Positions 10,504 to 20,217 of a stretch of 64,000 bases of DNA are shown here, one piece after another. Both the position numbers and the translations under genes were made by a program. Under the pieces are notes generated by a model, which worked only from the letters and a program-made list of their open reading frames with translations, ran no database searches and was not told the DNA's origin. Numbering within the stretch: position 1 is the first letter of the stretch; each line of letters starts with the position of its first letter. Origin of the DNA: an uncultured Clostridia bacterium (GTDB lineage: Bacteria > Bacillota > Clostridia > TANB77 > CAG-508); the NCBI GenBank assembly GCA_944393465.1, contig CALYAG010000001.1:1709-65708 (forward strand), in the 5' to 3' direction.

Positions 10504-11334
10504 TTGGAATCATTTTCAAGAAAAGTAAAAGAAGAATTAAGCAAATTGAATAATTTATCAAATAAAAACCTTGTAAAATATGAACTACAAGGTTATTTGC
10601 TAACAGCAAGTTCAAATAAATTCACTACTGAAAATGAATACAATATAAATAGATTTAGCAAACTTTTAAGCAATAGTGGCTTAGATGATTTTAAAATAGA
10701 AATGCAAGGAAATAAATTTTGCATTACAACTAAAAAGCCAATTGAAATAAATCAAGAAATAACAGATGTAGAAGAAGCTAAAGCTATTGTAAGAGGCAGC
10801 TTTATGGGAGCTGGTTCAATTTCAAACCCCAAAAGTAAATATCATTTAGAAATTGTATTTCAAATAGAAGAAAAAGCTTTAAAGATAAATCATATATTAA
10901 ATCATTTTGAGATAAATAGTAAGGTGTTGCAAAGAGCCAAAAACTACATTGTATATATAAAAGATGGCGAAGATATTTCAAATTTTTTAGCCTTTATTGG
11001 TGCAAATAAAAGTGTACTAAAATTTGAAGAAAATAGAGTTATACGAGATGTTAGAAATAATGTAAATAGAATAGTAAACTGCGAAACTGCTAATTTGAAC
11101 AAAGTTATTCAAACAGCGGTAAAACAGATTGAAGATATTAAACTAATAAAGAAGAAAAACAAATTCAATGATTTGAATGCTGGAGAGAAGGAGCTTGCTG
11201 AACTAAGGCTAAAAAACCCAGAAGCATCTCTAACTGAACTTGGCAAAATGCTAAAAAAGCCTATAAGTAAGTCAGGAGTTAATCATAGGATGAGGGCGAT
11301 TGAAGAATTGGCAAATGAACTTAAATCTAGCTAG
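10504..11334 (+). CDS. whiA: DNA-binding protein WhiA
   Basis: 276 aa with a TTG start after AGGAGG. LAGLIDADG-like middle region and a C-terminal HTH (SKSGVNHRMR.I) are present. Confidence 0.85.
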   Translation: MESFSRKVKEELSKLNNLSNKNLVKYELQGYLLTASSNKFTTENEYNINRFSKLLSNSGLDDFKIEMQGNKFCITTKKPIEINQEITDVEEAKAIVRGSFMGAGSISNPKSKYHLEIVFQIEEKALKINHILNHFEINSKVLQRAKNYIVYIKDGEDISNFLAFIGANKSVLKFEENRVIRDVRNNVNRIVNCETANLNKVIQTAVKQIEDIKLIKKKNKFNDLNAGEKELAELRLKNPEASLTELGKMLKKPISKSGVNHRMRAIEELANELKSS

Positions 11335-11382
11335 AAAAGAGCAATTCTTTTCCAGCTTTTTAGAAAGGGGTATTAAGTCAAA

Positions 11383-12522
11383 ATGAAAGAAATTGGAATT
11401 TACATTCATATACCTTTTTGTAAATCTAAATGCATTTACTGTGATTTTAATTCATTTGCACAAAAAGATGATTGTATTGAACCATACATAAAAGCGGTAA
11501 AAAAAGAAATAAAAGAATATGCTAAAAAAAATGAAGATATTTTAGTAAAAACAATATACATTGGTGGAGGTACTCCTTCATATATAAAGGAAAAGTACAT
11601 AAAAGATTTATTAGAAACTATAAAAGAAAATTTTGAAATATTGCCAAATGCAGAAGTAAGTATAGAAGTTAACCCAGGAACAGTAAACAGGCGAAAACTT
11701 GACTGCTATTATAAAGTAGGCATAAATAGGCTAAGCATAGGGCTTCAAAGCACAAATGATAAATTGCTAAAGCTAATGGGCAGAGTTCATGATTTTGAAG
11801 ATTTTTTAGAAACTGTAAGACTTGCTAATACTGTAGGCTTTTCAAACATAAATGCAGACTGCATGATAGGACTTCCAACTCAAACTATTTATGATGTAGA
11901 AGAAACTTTAAATGTATTAATTAATTTAAGACTAACGCATATTTCAGTATATTCACTAATAGTTGAGGAGGGCACTCCTTTAGAAAAGAAAATTACATCA
12001 GGAGAATTAAAATTGCCAGATGAGGAAATAGAAAGATATATGTATTGGTTTGCAAAAAGAAAGCTAGAAGAAAATGGCTATTTACACTATGAAATATCAA
12101 ACTTTGCAAGGCCGCTTTTTAGGTGCAAGCATAATTTAGACTGTTGGAATCAAAAGGAATACAAAGGTTTTGGCGTATCCGCAAGCTCATATGAAAATGG
12201 AGTAAGATATACTAATATTCCAAGTATAGAAAAATATATAAAAAATGTAGAAGCGGGTAAATTTAAAGAAAATTATATAGTAGAAGAAAAGCAAGATAGA
12301 GAAGCCATGATGAAAGAATATATGCTTTTAGGTCTTAGAAAAATAACAGGAGTAAATATCACAGAATTTAGAAGAAAATTTGGAACAACACCGCTATACA
12401 AATATAATAAAGAATTGGCAAAACTTATGCAGGAAGGCTTAATTGAGGCTAATGAGCACACCATAAGACTTACTAAACGAGGATTAGATTTGGCAAATGT
12501 GGTATGGGAAGAATTTGTGTGA
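11383..12522 (+). CDS. hemW: radical SAM heme chaperone HemW (HemN-like)
   Basis: 379 aa. YIHIPFC.SKC.YCDF (a CxxxCxxC motif) and the GGGTPS motif are present. Confidence 0.85.
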   Translation: MKEIGIYIHIPFCKSKCIYCDFNSFAQKDDCIEPYIKAVKKEIKEYAKKNEDILVKTIYIGGGTPSYIKEKYIKDLLETIKENFEILPNAEVSIEVNPGTVNRRKLDCYYKVGINRLSIGLQSTNDKLLKLMGRVHDFEDFLETVRLANTVGFSNINADCMIGLPTQTIYDVEETLNVLINLRLTHISVYSLIVEEGTPLEKKITSGELKLPDEEIERYMYWFAKRKLEENGYLHYEISNFARPLFRCKHNLDCWNQKEYKGFGVSASSYENGVRYTNIPSIEKYIKNVEAGKFKENYIVEEKQDREAMMKEYMLLGLRKITGVNITEFRRKFGTTPLYKYNKELAKLMQEGLIEANEHTIRLTKRGLDLANVVWEEFV

Positions 12523-12695
12523 TTTGTAACAAAAATGTAATATAAAATGGCTTGACTAAAAATAGGTGTAAGTGTAAAATTAAAATGTAAATTTCAAAAT
12601 TCGATGAACAAAGTATCAAATTGAAAAAATAATAATAAAATTCAAAAGAAAAGGGAGAATAAAACATATGAAAATCGCTGAAACCCTTGCGGCTG

Positions 12696-12717
12696 TATAT
12701 ATATATATATATATATT
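12696..12717. repeat. (TA)10 microsatellite
   Basis: An uninterrupted tatata... run, lying inside a 17-codon mini-ORF (12668-12721) that has an AAGGGAGA RBS. Confidence 0.9.
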
Positions 12718-12842
12718 GTAAAATTTAACCAAATAAAAATATGTAAACATAGAGATAAAACTATGCTTTTTAGACGTATTTAAAATTCGTTTAAACTGCA
12801 TAGTTTTTTGTGTATGCAAAAAGATTTTCAGTAGGAGATTTT

Positions 12843-13002
12843 CTGTCGGGGACGTGCCTTAAATGGAGAATAATTTCCGTCGGGGACGTGCCTTAAATGG
12901 AGAATAATTTCCGTCGGGGACGTGTCTTAAATGGAGAATAATTTCCGTCGGGGACGTGTCTTAAAATGAAAATCTACTGATTTTCATTTTAGGACCGTCC
13001 CC
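12843..13002. repeat. 4 x 34-bp tandem array ending in a palindromic GGGGACG(G/T)..TAAAATGAAAA unit
   Basis: Units start at 12843, 12877, 12911 and 12945 (ccgtcggggacgtg[c/t]cttaaatggagaataattt). The last unit pairs with attttcattttaggaccgtcccc at 12980-13002. Confidence 0.9.
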
Positions 13003-13050
13003 AGAGGAAAATCAAATAAAAATTATAACAAATGAAAGGAAGAATTTATT

Positions 13051-14335
13051 ATGAGTTTAAAGAGAACAAATTTAAAAGAAAGTAAAATTACAATGAAAAA
13101 ATTGAAAAAGCAAGTAAAGCGGAATTACACTTATAGCGTTAGTCGTTACAATTATTGTCCTTTTGATTTTAGCTGGAATAGCACTTAATTTAACAATAGG
13201 GCAAAATGGCATCTTCAGTAGAGCAGAAAAGGCAGCCAATACATGGAGAAATGCAGAAACAAATGAACAACTAGCCTTAGGAGAATTAGGAAACTGGATA
13301 GGTAACTATTTAGGAGAAAATGGAAATGGTGGAAGCCAAGGCGGTAGCAATGGTGATGACCAAACAGGAACTACAGTAGTAGACGGAGTGCCAATACCAG
13401 ATGGCTTTTACTATGTAGGTGGCAAAAAAGATACAGGTCTAGTAATATCAGATAATTCAGCAGACGCAAAATATCAAAATCAAGAAATAGTTCCAGCAGA
13501 CGGATTGATTGGAAACCAATTCGTATGGATACCAGTAGATAATTCAGCAGAAGAAAATTTTAACAAGGTGTTTCAAAGACAAGAAGGGTATTGGAATGGT
13601 AAAAAAGATTCAATACTATCTACATGTGGAGAAGCAAATGCTGAGGGAAAAAATGCAAACTTAACAGAAACAACAACAACGCAAACAGAAGCAAAAGCAA
13701 TGTATGCAAGTGTATATAAAAATGGAGGCTTTTACGTAGGAAGATATGAAGTAGGAAAAGATACTTCAGGAGTAATAGTAATAAAAAAAGGAACAGAAGA
13801 AAACCAAGTAAATCCATATAATAATATTCCTTGGTCGGCAAATGGACAAATGCAAGAAACTACTGGAACAGATGGAGGAGCAGTAGAAATATCTAGAAAT
13901 TTTGATAGTGCAAATAATTATACAAGTGTAACAAGTACATTAATATATGGAGTACAATGGGATGCAATAATGAATTTTATAGATCCAAATTATATAACAA
14001 ATGCAACAATAGGAACCCCAAATTGCCAAGATAGTTCATACGTAAAAAATAGTCAGGGAAAAGGAAACTACAATGAAAGCCAAAATACAAATACATGGAA
14101 AAATCAAGTAGCACCTTGTGGTTCAAGTGATGATTATAGAATGAAAAATATATATGATTTAGCAGGAAATGTATATGAATGGACAATGGAGGCGTACTCT
14201 ACTCTCAGTCGAGTTGTTCGTGGAGGCGTTTACCTCGGTTCCGGCTCGTACAATCCAGCTTCTCGTCGTGGCCGCAACTCTCCAGGCGACGACGACGTCG
14301 ACTACGTCGGTTTCCGTGTGGCTTTATATTTGTAG
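13051..14335 (+). CDS. surface-anchored FGE/SUMF1 (C-type lectin fold) protein with a DGR-type variable C-terminus; +1 frameshift at 13120
   Basis: An ATG at 13051 with a GAAAGGAAG RBS gives MSLKRTNLKESKITMKKLKKQVK. The frame then changes at aag-C-gga to GITLIALVVTIIVLLILAGIA, a pilin-like N-terminal anchor. The downstream frame opens only at 13118. The C-terminal domain carries GFYVGRYEV...GNVYEWT...RVVRGG...GFRVA. Confidence 0.65.
14190..14322 (+). other. candidate DGR variable region (VR)
   Basis: In 14191-14320 I count 77/130 G+C and only 18/130 A, against an AT-rich background. It has runs of NNC codons (GGC GAC GAC GAC GTC GAC TAC GTC) between RGG and GFRV. Confidence 0.6.
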
Positions 14336-14515
14336 ATACTTACAGCTAAAGCCGCTAAACTAGCCATAGTTGACTAAAGCAGTGGGAATGCTCAAAGTAT
14401 GAACATTGACAAGAACGGATGCGTTTTAGACGTAAAAAGATGTATAGAAAGTTTAAATAAAGAAAGATAGACTTTAAAAATGCTTATGGAAGATTATGTC
14501 AAACGAAAAAACTGC

Positions 14516-14545
14516 TTGACAAACATATAAAACATAGTGTATAAT
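14516..14545 (+). promoter_or_regulatory. promoter of rplU-rpmA
   Basis: TTGACA (14516-14521), 18-nt spacer, extended -10 TGTATAAT (14538-14545). Confidence 0.55.
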
Positions 14546-14551
14546 ATATAT

Positions 14552-14650
14552 CTGTAAACCGCCTAAGTCGGGTAGCTAAATTCTAGCTGGTTGCTAGATA
14601 CCTTGCATTTATGCTTAGCGAGTATGAGAACGGAGGAGGTGCACTAAAGC
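14552..14650 (+). ncRNA. probable ribosomal protein L21 leader
   Basis: A GC-richer structured leader between the promoter and rplU (gcctaagtcgggtagctaaattctagctggttgctag...). The position matches the Firmicute L21 leader. Not verified against a covariance model. Confidence 0.45.
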
Positions 14651-14653
14651 CCT

Positions 14654-14971
14654 ATGTACGCAATAATAGAAAGTTGTGGTAAACAATACAAAGTTTCAGA
14701 AGGAGATGTAGTTTACTTTGAAAAATTAGATGCAGAAGAAGGCAAAAAAGTTACATTTGATAATGTAGTTCTAGTATCTGATGACAAAAATGTAAAAGTA
14801 GGAACTCCATATGTAAAAGGTTGTAAAGTTGAAGGAACTGTAGTAGCTCATGGTAAAGGAAAGAAAATAATCGTTTACAAATACAAAGCTAAGAAAAACT
14901 ACAGAAGAACTCAAGGTCACAGACAACCATATACTAAGGTTGAAATTAAGTCAATCAAAGTTGCAGAATAA
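14654..14971 (+). CDS. rplU: 50S ribosomal protein L21
   Basis: 105 aa beginning MYAIIE..GKQYKV.EGD, with ...[11 protein letters not shown] later. Confidence 0.95.
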   Translation: MYAIIESCGKQYKVSEGDVVYFEKLDAEEGKKVTFDNVVLVSDDKNVKVGTPYVKGCKVEGTVVAHGKGKKIIVYKYKAKKNYRRTQGHRQPYTKVEIKSIKVAE

Positions 14972-15070
14972 TTTTTAATTAACAAAAAGTTAATTTATTT
15001 CGCAAATTTATAAATGGCAAAACTAAATAAAACATAGCCATTAATATATTTTAAAGGTAGGTGAAAATAC

Positions 15071-15412
15071 ATGGCACATCATAAAGGTCAAGGTAGTACC
15101 GATAACGGAAGAGATAGTGAGTCAAAAAGACTTGGTATAAAGAGAGCTGACGGTCAATTAGTTAATGCAGGAAACATTTTGTTTAGACAAAGAGGAACAA
15201 AAATGCATCCAGGTACTAATGTTGGTATCGGAAGCGATGACACTTTATATGCAAAAATTACCGGTATAATGAAAGTTGAAAGACTTGGAAAAGATAAAAA
15301 GAAAATTAGTGTTTATCCAGAAGCACAAGTAAAAGCTGCAAAAACAGAAAAATCTGAAAAGTCAGCTAAAGTTGCAAAAGTAGCAAAAACTAAAGCTACA
15401 GCAAAGGCATAA
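15071..15412 (+). CDS. rpmA: 50S ribosomal protein L27 (no N-terminal propeptide; K/A-rich C-terminal tail)
   Basis: Starts [24 protein letters not shown]. The C-terminal extension is [25 protein letters not shown]. Confidence 0.95.
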   Translation: MAHHKGQGSTDNGRDSESKRLGIKRADGQLVNAGNILFRQRGTKMHPGTNVGIGSDDTLYAKITGIMKVERLGKDKKKISVYPEAQVKAAKTEKSEKSAKVAKVAKTKATAKA

Positions 15413-15451
15413 GCCTTGCGCATAAATTTTTATAAAGCTTATTTCTAAAAA

Positions 15452-15480
15452 AGAAGCATTAGACAACTAATGCTTCTTTT
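15452..15480 (+). terminator. rho-independent terminator after rpmA
   Basis: agaagcattag-acaa-ctaatgcttct followed by TTT. Confidence 0.8.
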
Positions 15481-15714
15481 AGTATTTGAAAAAATGTAAG
15501 AATAACTGTAAAAGTTAAATTTATTTAGAAAAACTAATTTCTAATTACCGAGAAAAAATGTAACAAATATGTAATATAAAATTTATTGAAAATAAATGTA
15601 GATTATTATATAATTTTAAAAGTAATAGGAATCATAGCTTTATAAATTCTGAAATTTTACTAATGAAATATGAAAATTTGGAAAAAATATAATAAAAAAC
15701 AAATGAAGGTAAAT

Positions 15715-17430
15715 ATGAATAAATTAGATTTAGAAAGATGTAAAAAAGACAAAGAAGAATATGATAAAAAAGTAAGGAGTTTAGACTATAAAATAGTGGA
15801 AACTTCTGTTTCGCTATACAATTCTGGTTGGCGTAATTCACAAAATAATTTAGAAGATGAAGAAAGTAGTAAAGTTAAAGAATTAAAACTTAAAATTCAA
15901 CAATATGAAAAAGAAAAAGAAGATTTGACAAAAGAGTTTTGGGAAAAGTTAGTTGTTATTAAAACAAATTTTAGTAATTTAATTAATAAAAAAATTGAAA
16001 AGTTTCCAAAGAAAAGGGCAGAATTATTGTTGGCAAGTTTTGCAATGAATAAAATAACGGATGTATATTTTGATGCTAATGAATTAGTTAATTTATCTTA
16101 TCTATTTGATGATGATAAAACAAGCCAAAACGCTAAATTAGAAGTTAAAAATAATACTGTCGAAGAAGAAAAGCAGCCAAGCGTTTTGATTCCAGTAAAA
16201 GAAGAAAAAGAAATAGCCATTCCATTTAAACCTACAGTTGACATAAAACAGAGTACAACAGGAGCTGAAGAAAATTTAGTTGAAAAACAAGTTGAAACAA
16301 TGGCTACAAATACAGATCAAACATTAGATGTAAATAAACCAAAACCTGAAACTTCAAAAGAAGAAAAAACAGAGGCTGAAATTACAAATGTGATTAAGAC
16401 AGAAGATAAAGATAAACCAAAACGAGAACCAATTAATCAAGAACAAAATGTTCCAAAACCAGCAGCTGTTACAATAGAAAGACCATTTGAAGTAGAAGAA
16501 AAATTTAAGCCTGCACAACCTGTGCCACAGTTTAACATTGAAGAGCAAAGAATAGTAGATTTTGAAAACTTGCTAAATCATATCTACAAAATTTCTAAAG
16601 ATTATAGAATTGATGTTGAAAGGGCACTTAGTAGATTTATTATTAACTACAAAATAGTAAAAAATACTCAATATTTAAAAAATGATTTTGATAATTTAAC
16701 AAACAATTACCTTGACATGTTTAAGACAACTTTTTTGAAATTTAAAAAAGATGAGAACTTAGATGCTTTACAAGAAAGAATTGAGAATCAAGAAAATGCA
16801 ACTAAGGACATTGAAAAGAAATTATTAAACAATAATATAGAAATCAAAGAAATGCTTAGACAAATGAAGGAATTATCAAAGGTATATTTTGTAGGAGGAT
16901 ATGTAAGAAAAGTATTAAATCAAGTTGCAAAAATTCAGGGAGAGCAAGAGGTAGAAAAGACAGATAAAGAAGAAAAAACAAATAATGTTTTTGTACCGAT
17001 TAAAGACTCTACTACGGATAATACAAATGATGTCTTCCAAAAAATAAAAAAATTAGCTTATGATAAAAGAATGAGTCACATAATTGAAGTAAGTAAATGG
17101 ACAAAAAATGTTGAAGAAAAGCTTACAATGTTCCAATTGGAAGAATCAGATTTTCAGTTTGTAATTTATTTGATAAGACAAACAGAAAATGTATGCAATT
17201 CAAACTTTGAACAAGTAGCAAATATAATAATAAGTTTATGTGACGCAAATCAACAATTAGAAGTGGTTGAAAAAAATGAAAATGAAAAAAACAAAGAATT
17301 GCAAGAAGAAATAAATACTACGGAAATTTTAAAAAGTGGAATAGAAAACATAAAGAAAAAATACTCAAAGGTTCCTTTTATAGGTAGAAAAGTTTCATCA
17401 ATACTTAGTGCAAAAATGTTGAATGAGTAA
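15715..17430 (+). CDS. hypothetical K/E-rich coiled-coil protein
   Basis: A long ORF (the track gives 15670). The ATG at 15715 has the better RBS (gaaggt). I recognise no family. Confidence 0.5.
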   Translation: MNKLDLERCKKDKEEYDKKVRSLDYKIVETSVSLYNSGWRNSQNNLEDEESSKVKELKLKIQQYEKEKEDLTKEFWEKLVVIKTNFSNLINKKIEKFPKKRAELLLASFAMNKITDVYFDANELVNLSYLFDDDKTSQNAKLEVKNNTVEEEKQPSVLIPVKEEKEIAIPFKPTVDIKQSTTGAEENLVEKQVETMATNTDQTLDVNKPKPETSKEEKTEAEITNVIKTEDKDKPKREPINQEQNVPKPAAVTIERPFEVEEKFKPAQPVPQFNIEEQRIVDFENLLNHIYKISKDYRIDVERALSRFIINYKIVKNTQYLKNDFDNLTNNYLDMFKTTFLKFKKDENLDALQERIENQENATKDIEKKLLNNNIEIKEMLRQMKELSKVYFVGGYVRKVLNQVAKIQGEQEVEKTDKEEKTNNVFVPIKDSTTDNTNDVFQKIKKLAYDKRMSHIIEVSKWTKNVEEKLTMFQLEESDFQFVIYLIRQTENVCNSNFEQVANIIISLCDANQQLEVVEKNENEKNKELQEEINTTEILKSGIENIKKKYSKVPFIGRKVSSILSAKMLNE

Positions 17431-17434
17431 ATTT

Positions 17435-17530
17435 GTCAATTGTCAATTGGGACGGTTCTATTTGACACAAAATAGTGTCAAATAGGACCGTCCCAATTGA
17501 CAACAAGATCCGTCCAAATTGACAATCCCC
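17435..17530. repeat. palindromic GGGACGGTTCTA.../...TAGGACCGTCCC intergenic repeat unit
   Basis: Left arm gtcaattgggacggttctatttgacac (17442-17468) pairs with gtgtcaaataggaccgtcccaattgac (17476-17502). An extra half-site, gatccgtccaaattgaca, follows. Confidence 0.85.
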
Positions 17531-17541
17531 AAACTTAAAAG

Positions 17542-19965
17542 CTACACATTTTTATACAAATTACCATAAGTGTAGTCTTTTGAAGAAAATGTTTTTCCTT
17601 CTTTAACAGTTTTTATCGCCTCATTTATTTCATTAATATTTTCATCTAATATGCTAATTCTTACAGAACTTGGGCAAATATTCTTATATGGAATTGAGGT
17701 AATCTTACTATTATAAAGAGTGGTTACTGTTTGCATATTGTCTGGAACAACTCTAAATTTATATCCAAGCCTATCTTTAATATAAAACTTGCTATCTGTT
17801 TTGCATCTCATTTTGCACTTTGGATAACATTTATTTGAACTTCCAAGTAAACAGTACCCCATATTCATAACAGGCAATTTGCCGTAAACTATGATTTCAG
17901 TTGGAATATGAGAATTTGAGCATAAGTTAGCTAAAGATATTTCATCAAGTTCTGGAGATAATGTAACCATGTTTAGTCCAAGTTTAGATAGCTCATTTAT
18001 TGTATTATTGTTAAATACATTTAAAGTGTAATTTCCAATTATATTTAATTTTCCAATATATTTACTTAAAGTATATATACTAGATAAATTTGATGCAACA
18101 ATTCCTTTTATGTTAAATTCTTCAATGTATTTATCCAAACTATTGTAAATTATGTTTCTATAGTTATCCTTTATAATTGTTGGCATATAAATATATAACT
18201 CAGAGTTATTAGATAAATATTTAATTATGTCTTTTAAATCTTTCATGCCAAAGAATTTTAAAGGTATGTAAATTTTATCTGTTGCAAGTAAATTAGTATA
18301 GTCAAAAGAAGAATTTATGTCATTTAAAAGCAAGCTAATACTTGTAGTGTCCGAAGATATGCCTTTGGTGTTAAATTTCTCATTAAATGAATTTTGAGGC
18401 AATTTTTCACTTACTGCAATTTCTCTTTCAAATTTTTTTATTGCCAAATTTTCTAATTCTTGCAAACAATCTCTACGTAAAGAATTTATTGCTGAAATTT
18501 TAGGTAGGTAGGCGTTATCATCCAAAATTACATTTATTTTTGTAAATTCAAAAGGAGTATCGGTTGTTTTGGAAAGTTGCTCTATAACTCTTTCCTTTGA
18601 AATAGGGTTACTTATGGCATCAATTGGAGTTACATCAATTGCTTTTAGCACCTCCATAGATGAGTAAATACCTTTATCCAAAGATTTTACTTCAAGAGTA
18701 ACAGGCTTGCCCTTTTTTATAGTGATGGTGCAGGCAAGAGGGGCCTTTTTGTTTTCTGCTTTGTAATGTTCAGTAATAGATTTACTTAAAGATTTGCTAC
18801 TTAATTTATATATCTTATCTCCAAGTGAAATATTACCCTTCATTCTGCCAATTGTTATTAAATCTCCAATGTTTGCATTTTCAATATTTTGATTATTTTT
18901 TATAAGTTCTGATACTGTGTATTTATGAGCTTCCTTTTCTAAAGATATTTTATCTCCAATGGTAAGAGGCTCATTGGTTTTAAAAGTAATTAGAGCCTTG
19001 CTTTTATTAAAAGATGACACATTGCCAATGTAAAGTCCCATGTTATTTGGTTTTTCTTTGTATACATAATCTAAATTTTCTTCATCACTTAAATTACCAG
19101 TAGAGAAGCCACCTCTATTAAAGACTTGCATTAATTTTTTTATATCTTCATCATCAATCTTGTACTCTTCATCACTTAAAGCTAAGTCAATATATTTTCT
19201 GTAAATACTTGTTACAACCGCCACATATTCAGGCGTTTTCATTCTTCCCTCAATTTTAAAAGACGTAACTCCTGCATTTATTAGGTCAGGTATGTATTTT
19301 AAAGAGCATAAGTCTCTTGGACTAAGCAAATAGCCTTTATCTAACAAATTGTTATTTTCATCAATTAGTTCATAAGGTAGTCTACAAGGTTGAGCACATC
19401 TACCTCTGTTGCCAGACCTTGCGCCAATTGTGCTTGAAAGCAAACATTGGCCAGAATAAGATATGCAAAGAGCGCCATGTGCAAAAACCTCAATTTCAAT
19501 ATTTGAATTATGGCATATATATTCTATTTCAGACAAACTTAGCTCCCTTGAAAGCACAACTCTTTTAAAACCTAGTTTTTCCAAGGCAAGCACACCTTGT
19601 AAATTGTGAATTGTCATTTGAGTACTTGCGTGAACATCCATACCCGGCATATTATCAATTATATATTTAGCAAGGCCTAAATCTTGCACAATAATTGCAT
19701 CCGCACCTAAAGTATAAACATATTTTGCAAGATTAATTGCATCTTCAAATTCATCATCTTTAATTAAAGTATTAAGCGCAAAATTAATTTTTACATTCCT
19801 AAGCTTTGCATATCTAATGGCTTTTTTTAAACCATCTCTATCAAAATTAGAAGCAGAAGCCCTTGCATTAAAAGCGCTTCCTCCTAAATAAACACTGTCA
19901 GCACCATTTTGCACTGCTGCCTGCAAACATTCAAAATCTCCTACAGGAGACAAAAGTTCTACCAT
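17542..19965 (-). CDS. peptidase U32 family protein (fused YhbU/YhbV-like, collagenase-type)
   Basis: 807 aa. N-terminus is ELLSPVGDFECLQAAVQNGADSVYLGG. The U32 signature E.FAHGALCISYSGQC is present. Confidence 0.85.
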   Translation of the reverse strand: MVELLSPVGDFECLQAAVQNGADSVYLGGSAFNARASASNFDRDGLKKAIRYAKLRNVKINFALNTLIKDDEFEDAINLAKYVYTLGADAIIVQDLGLAKYIIDNMPGMDVHASTQMTIHNLQGVLALEKLGFKRVVLSRELSLSEIEYICHNSNIEIEVFAHGALCISYSGQCLLSSTIGARSGNRGRCAQPCRLPYELIDENNNLLDKGYLLSPRDLCSLKYIPDLINAGVTSFKIEGRMKTPEYVAVVTSIYRKYIDLALSDEEYKIDDEDIKKLMQVFNRGGFSTGNLSDEENLDYVYKEKPNNMGLYIGNVSSFNKSKALITFKTNEPLTIGDKISLEKEAHKYTVSELIKNNQNIENANIGDLITIGRMKGNISLGDKIYKLSSKSLSKSITEHYKAENKKAPLACTITIKKGKPVTLEVKSLDKGIYSSMEVLKAIDVTPIDAISNPISKERVIEQLSKTTDTPFEFTKINVILDDNAYLPKISAINSLRRDCLQELENLAIKKFEREIAVSEKLPQNSFNEKFNTKGISSDTTSISLLLNDINSSFDYTNLLATDKIYIPLKFFGMKDLKDIIKYLSNNSELYIYMPTIIKDNYRNIIYNSLDKYIEEFNIKGIVASNLSSIYTLSKYIGKLNIIGNYTLNVFNNNTINELSKLGLNMVTLSPELDEISLANLCSNSHIPTEIIVYGKLPVMNMGYCLLGSSNKCYPKCKMRCKTDSKFYIKDRLGYKFRVVPDNMQTVTTLYNSKITSIPYKNICPSSVRISILDENINEINEAIKTVKEGKTFSSKDYTYGNLYKNV

Positions 19966-20217
19966 ATTATGAAGTTTCCTTTATTTTATATATTTAGGTT
20001 TTTAAAGGAACCTATAAACCTTTATAAAATTTCTTATTATTGTAGTTTAATAAATTTCAAAATTTCCACAAATATTGTAACACAAATTTAATAAAAAGCA
20101 TACTATATAATATTAAAAAAGTAAGCAAATAATTAACAAAAGTTGTAATTTGTGCTTTTTCATCTAGTTTAAATACCTAATACATATTAAAGAATTTGCT
20201 TAGAAAGTGAGGATTTT

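Noticed and set aside
12843-12978. Regular 34-bp direct repeats that superficially resemble a CRISPR array
   Set aside because: The units are directly abutting with no spacers, there are only four copies, and no cas genes are present in the window. This is a tandem repeat, not a CRISPR.
14169-14363. 64-aa ORF in an alternative frame across the end of the FGE/CLec gene
   Set aside because: It exists only because the GC-rich, A-poor VR segment lacks stop codons in all frames. It has no RBS and overlaps a well-supported frame.
13051-17430. A complete DGR cassette (avd-TR-RT) next to the variable protein
   Set aside because: I looked for an A-rich near-copy of 14190-14322 and for an RT-like ORF (YxDD). 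None is in the flanks or anywhere in the window. Only the VR-bearing target is reported.
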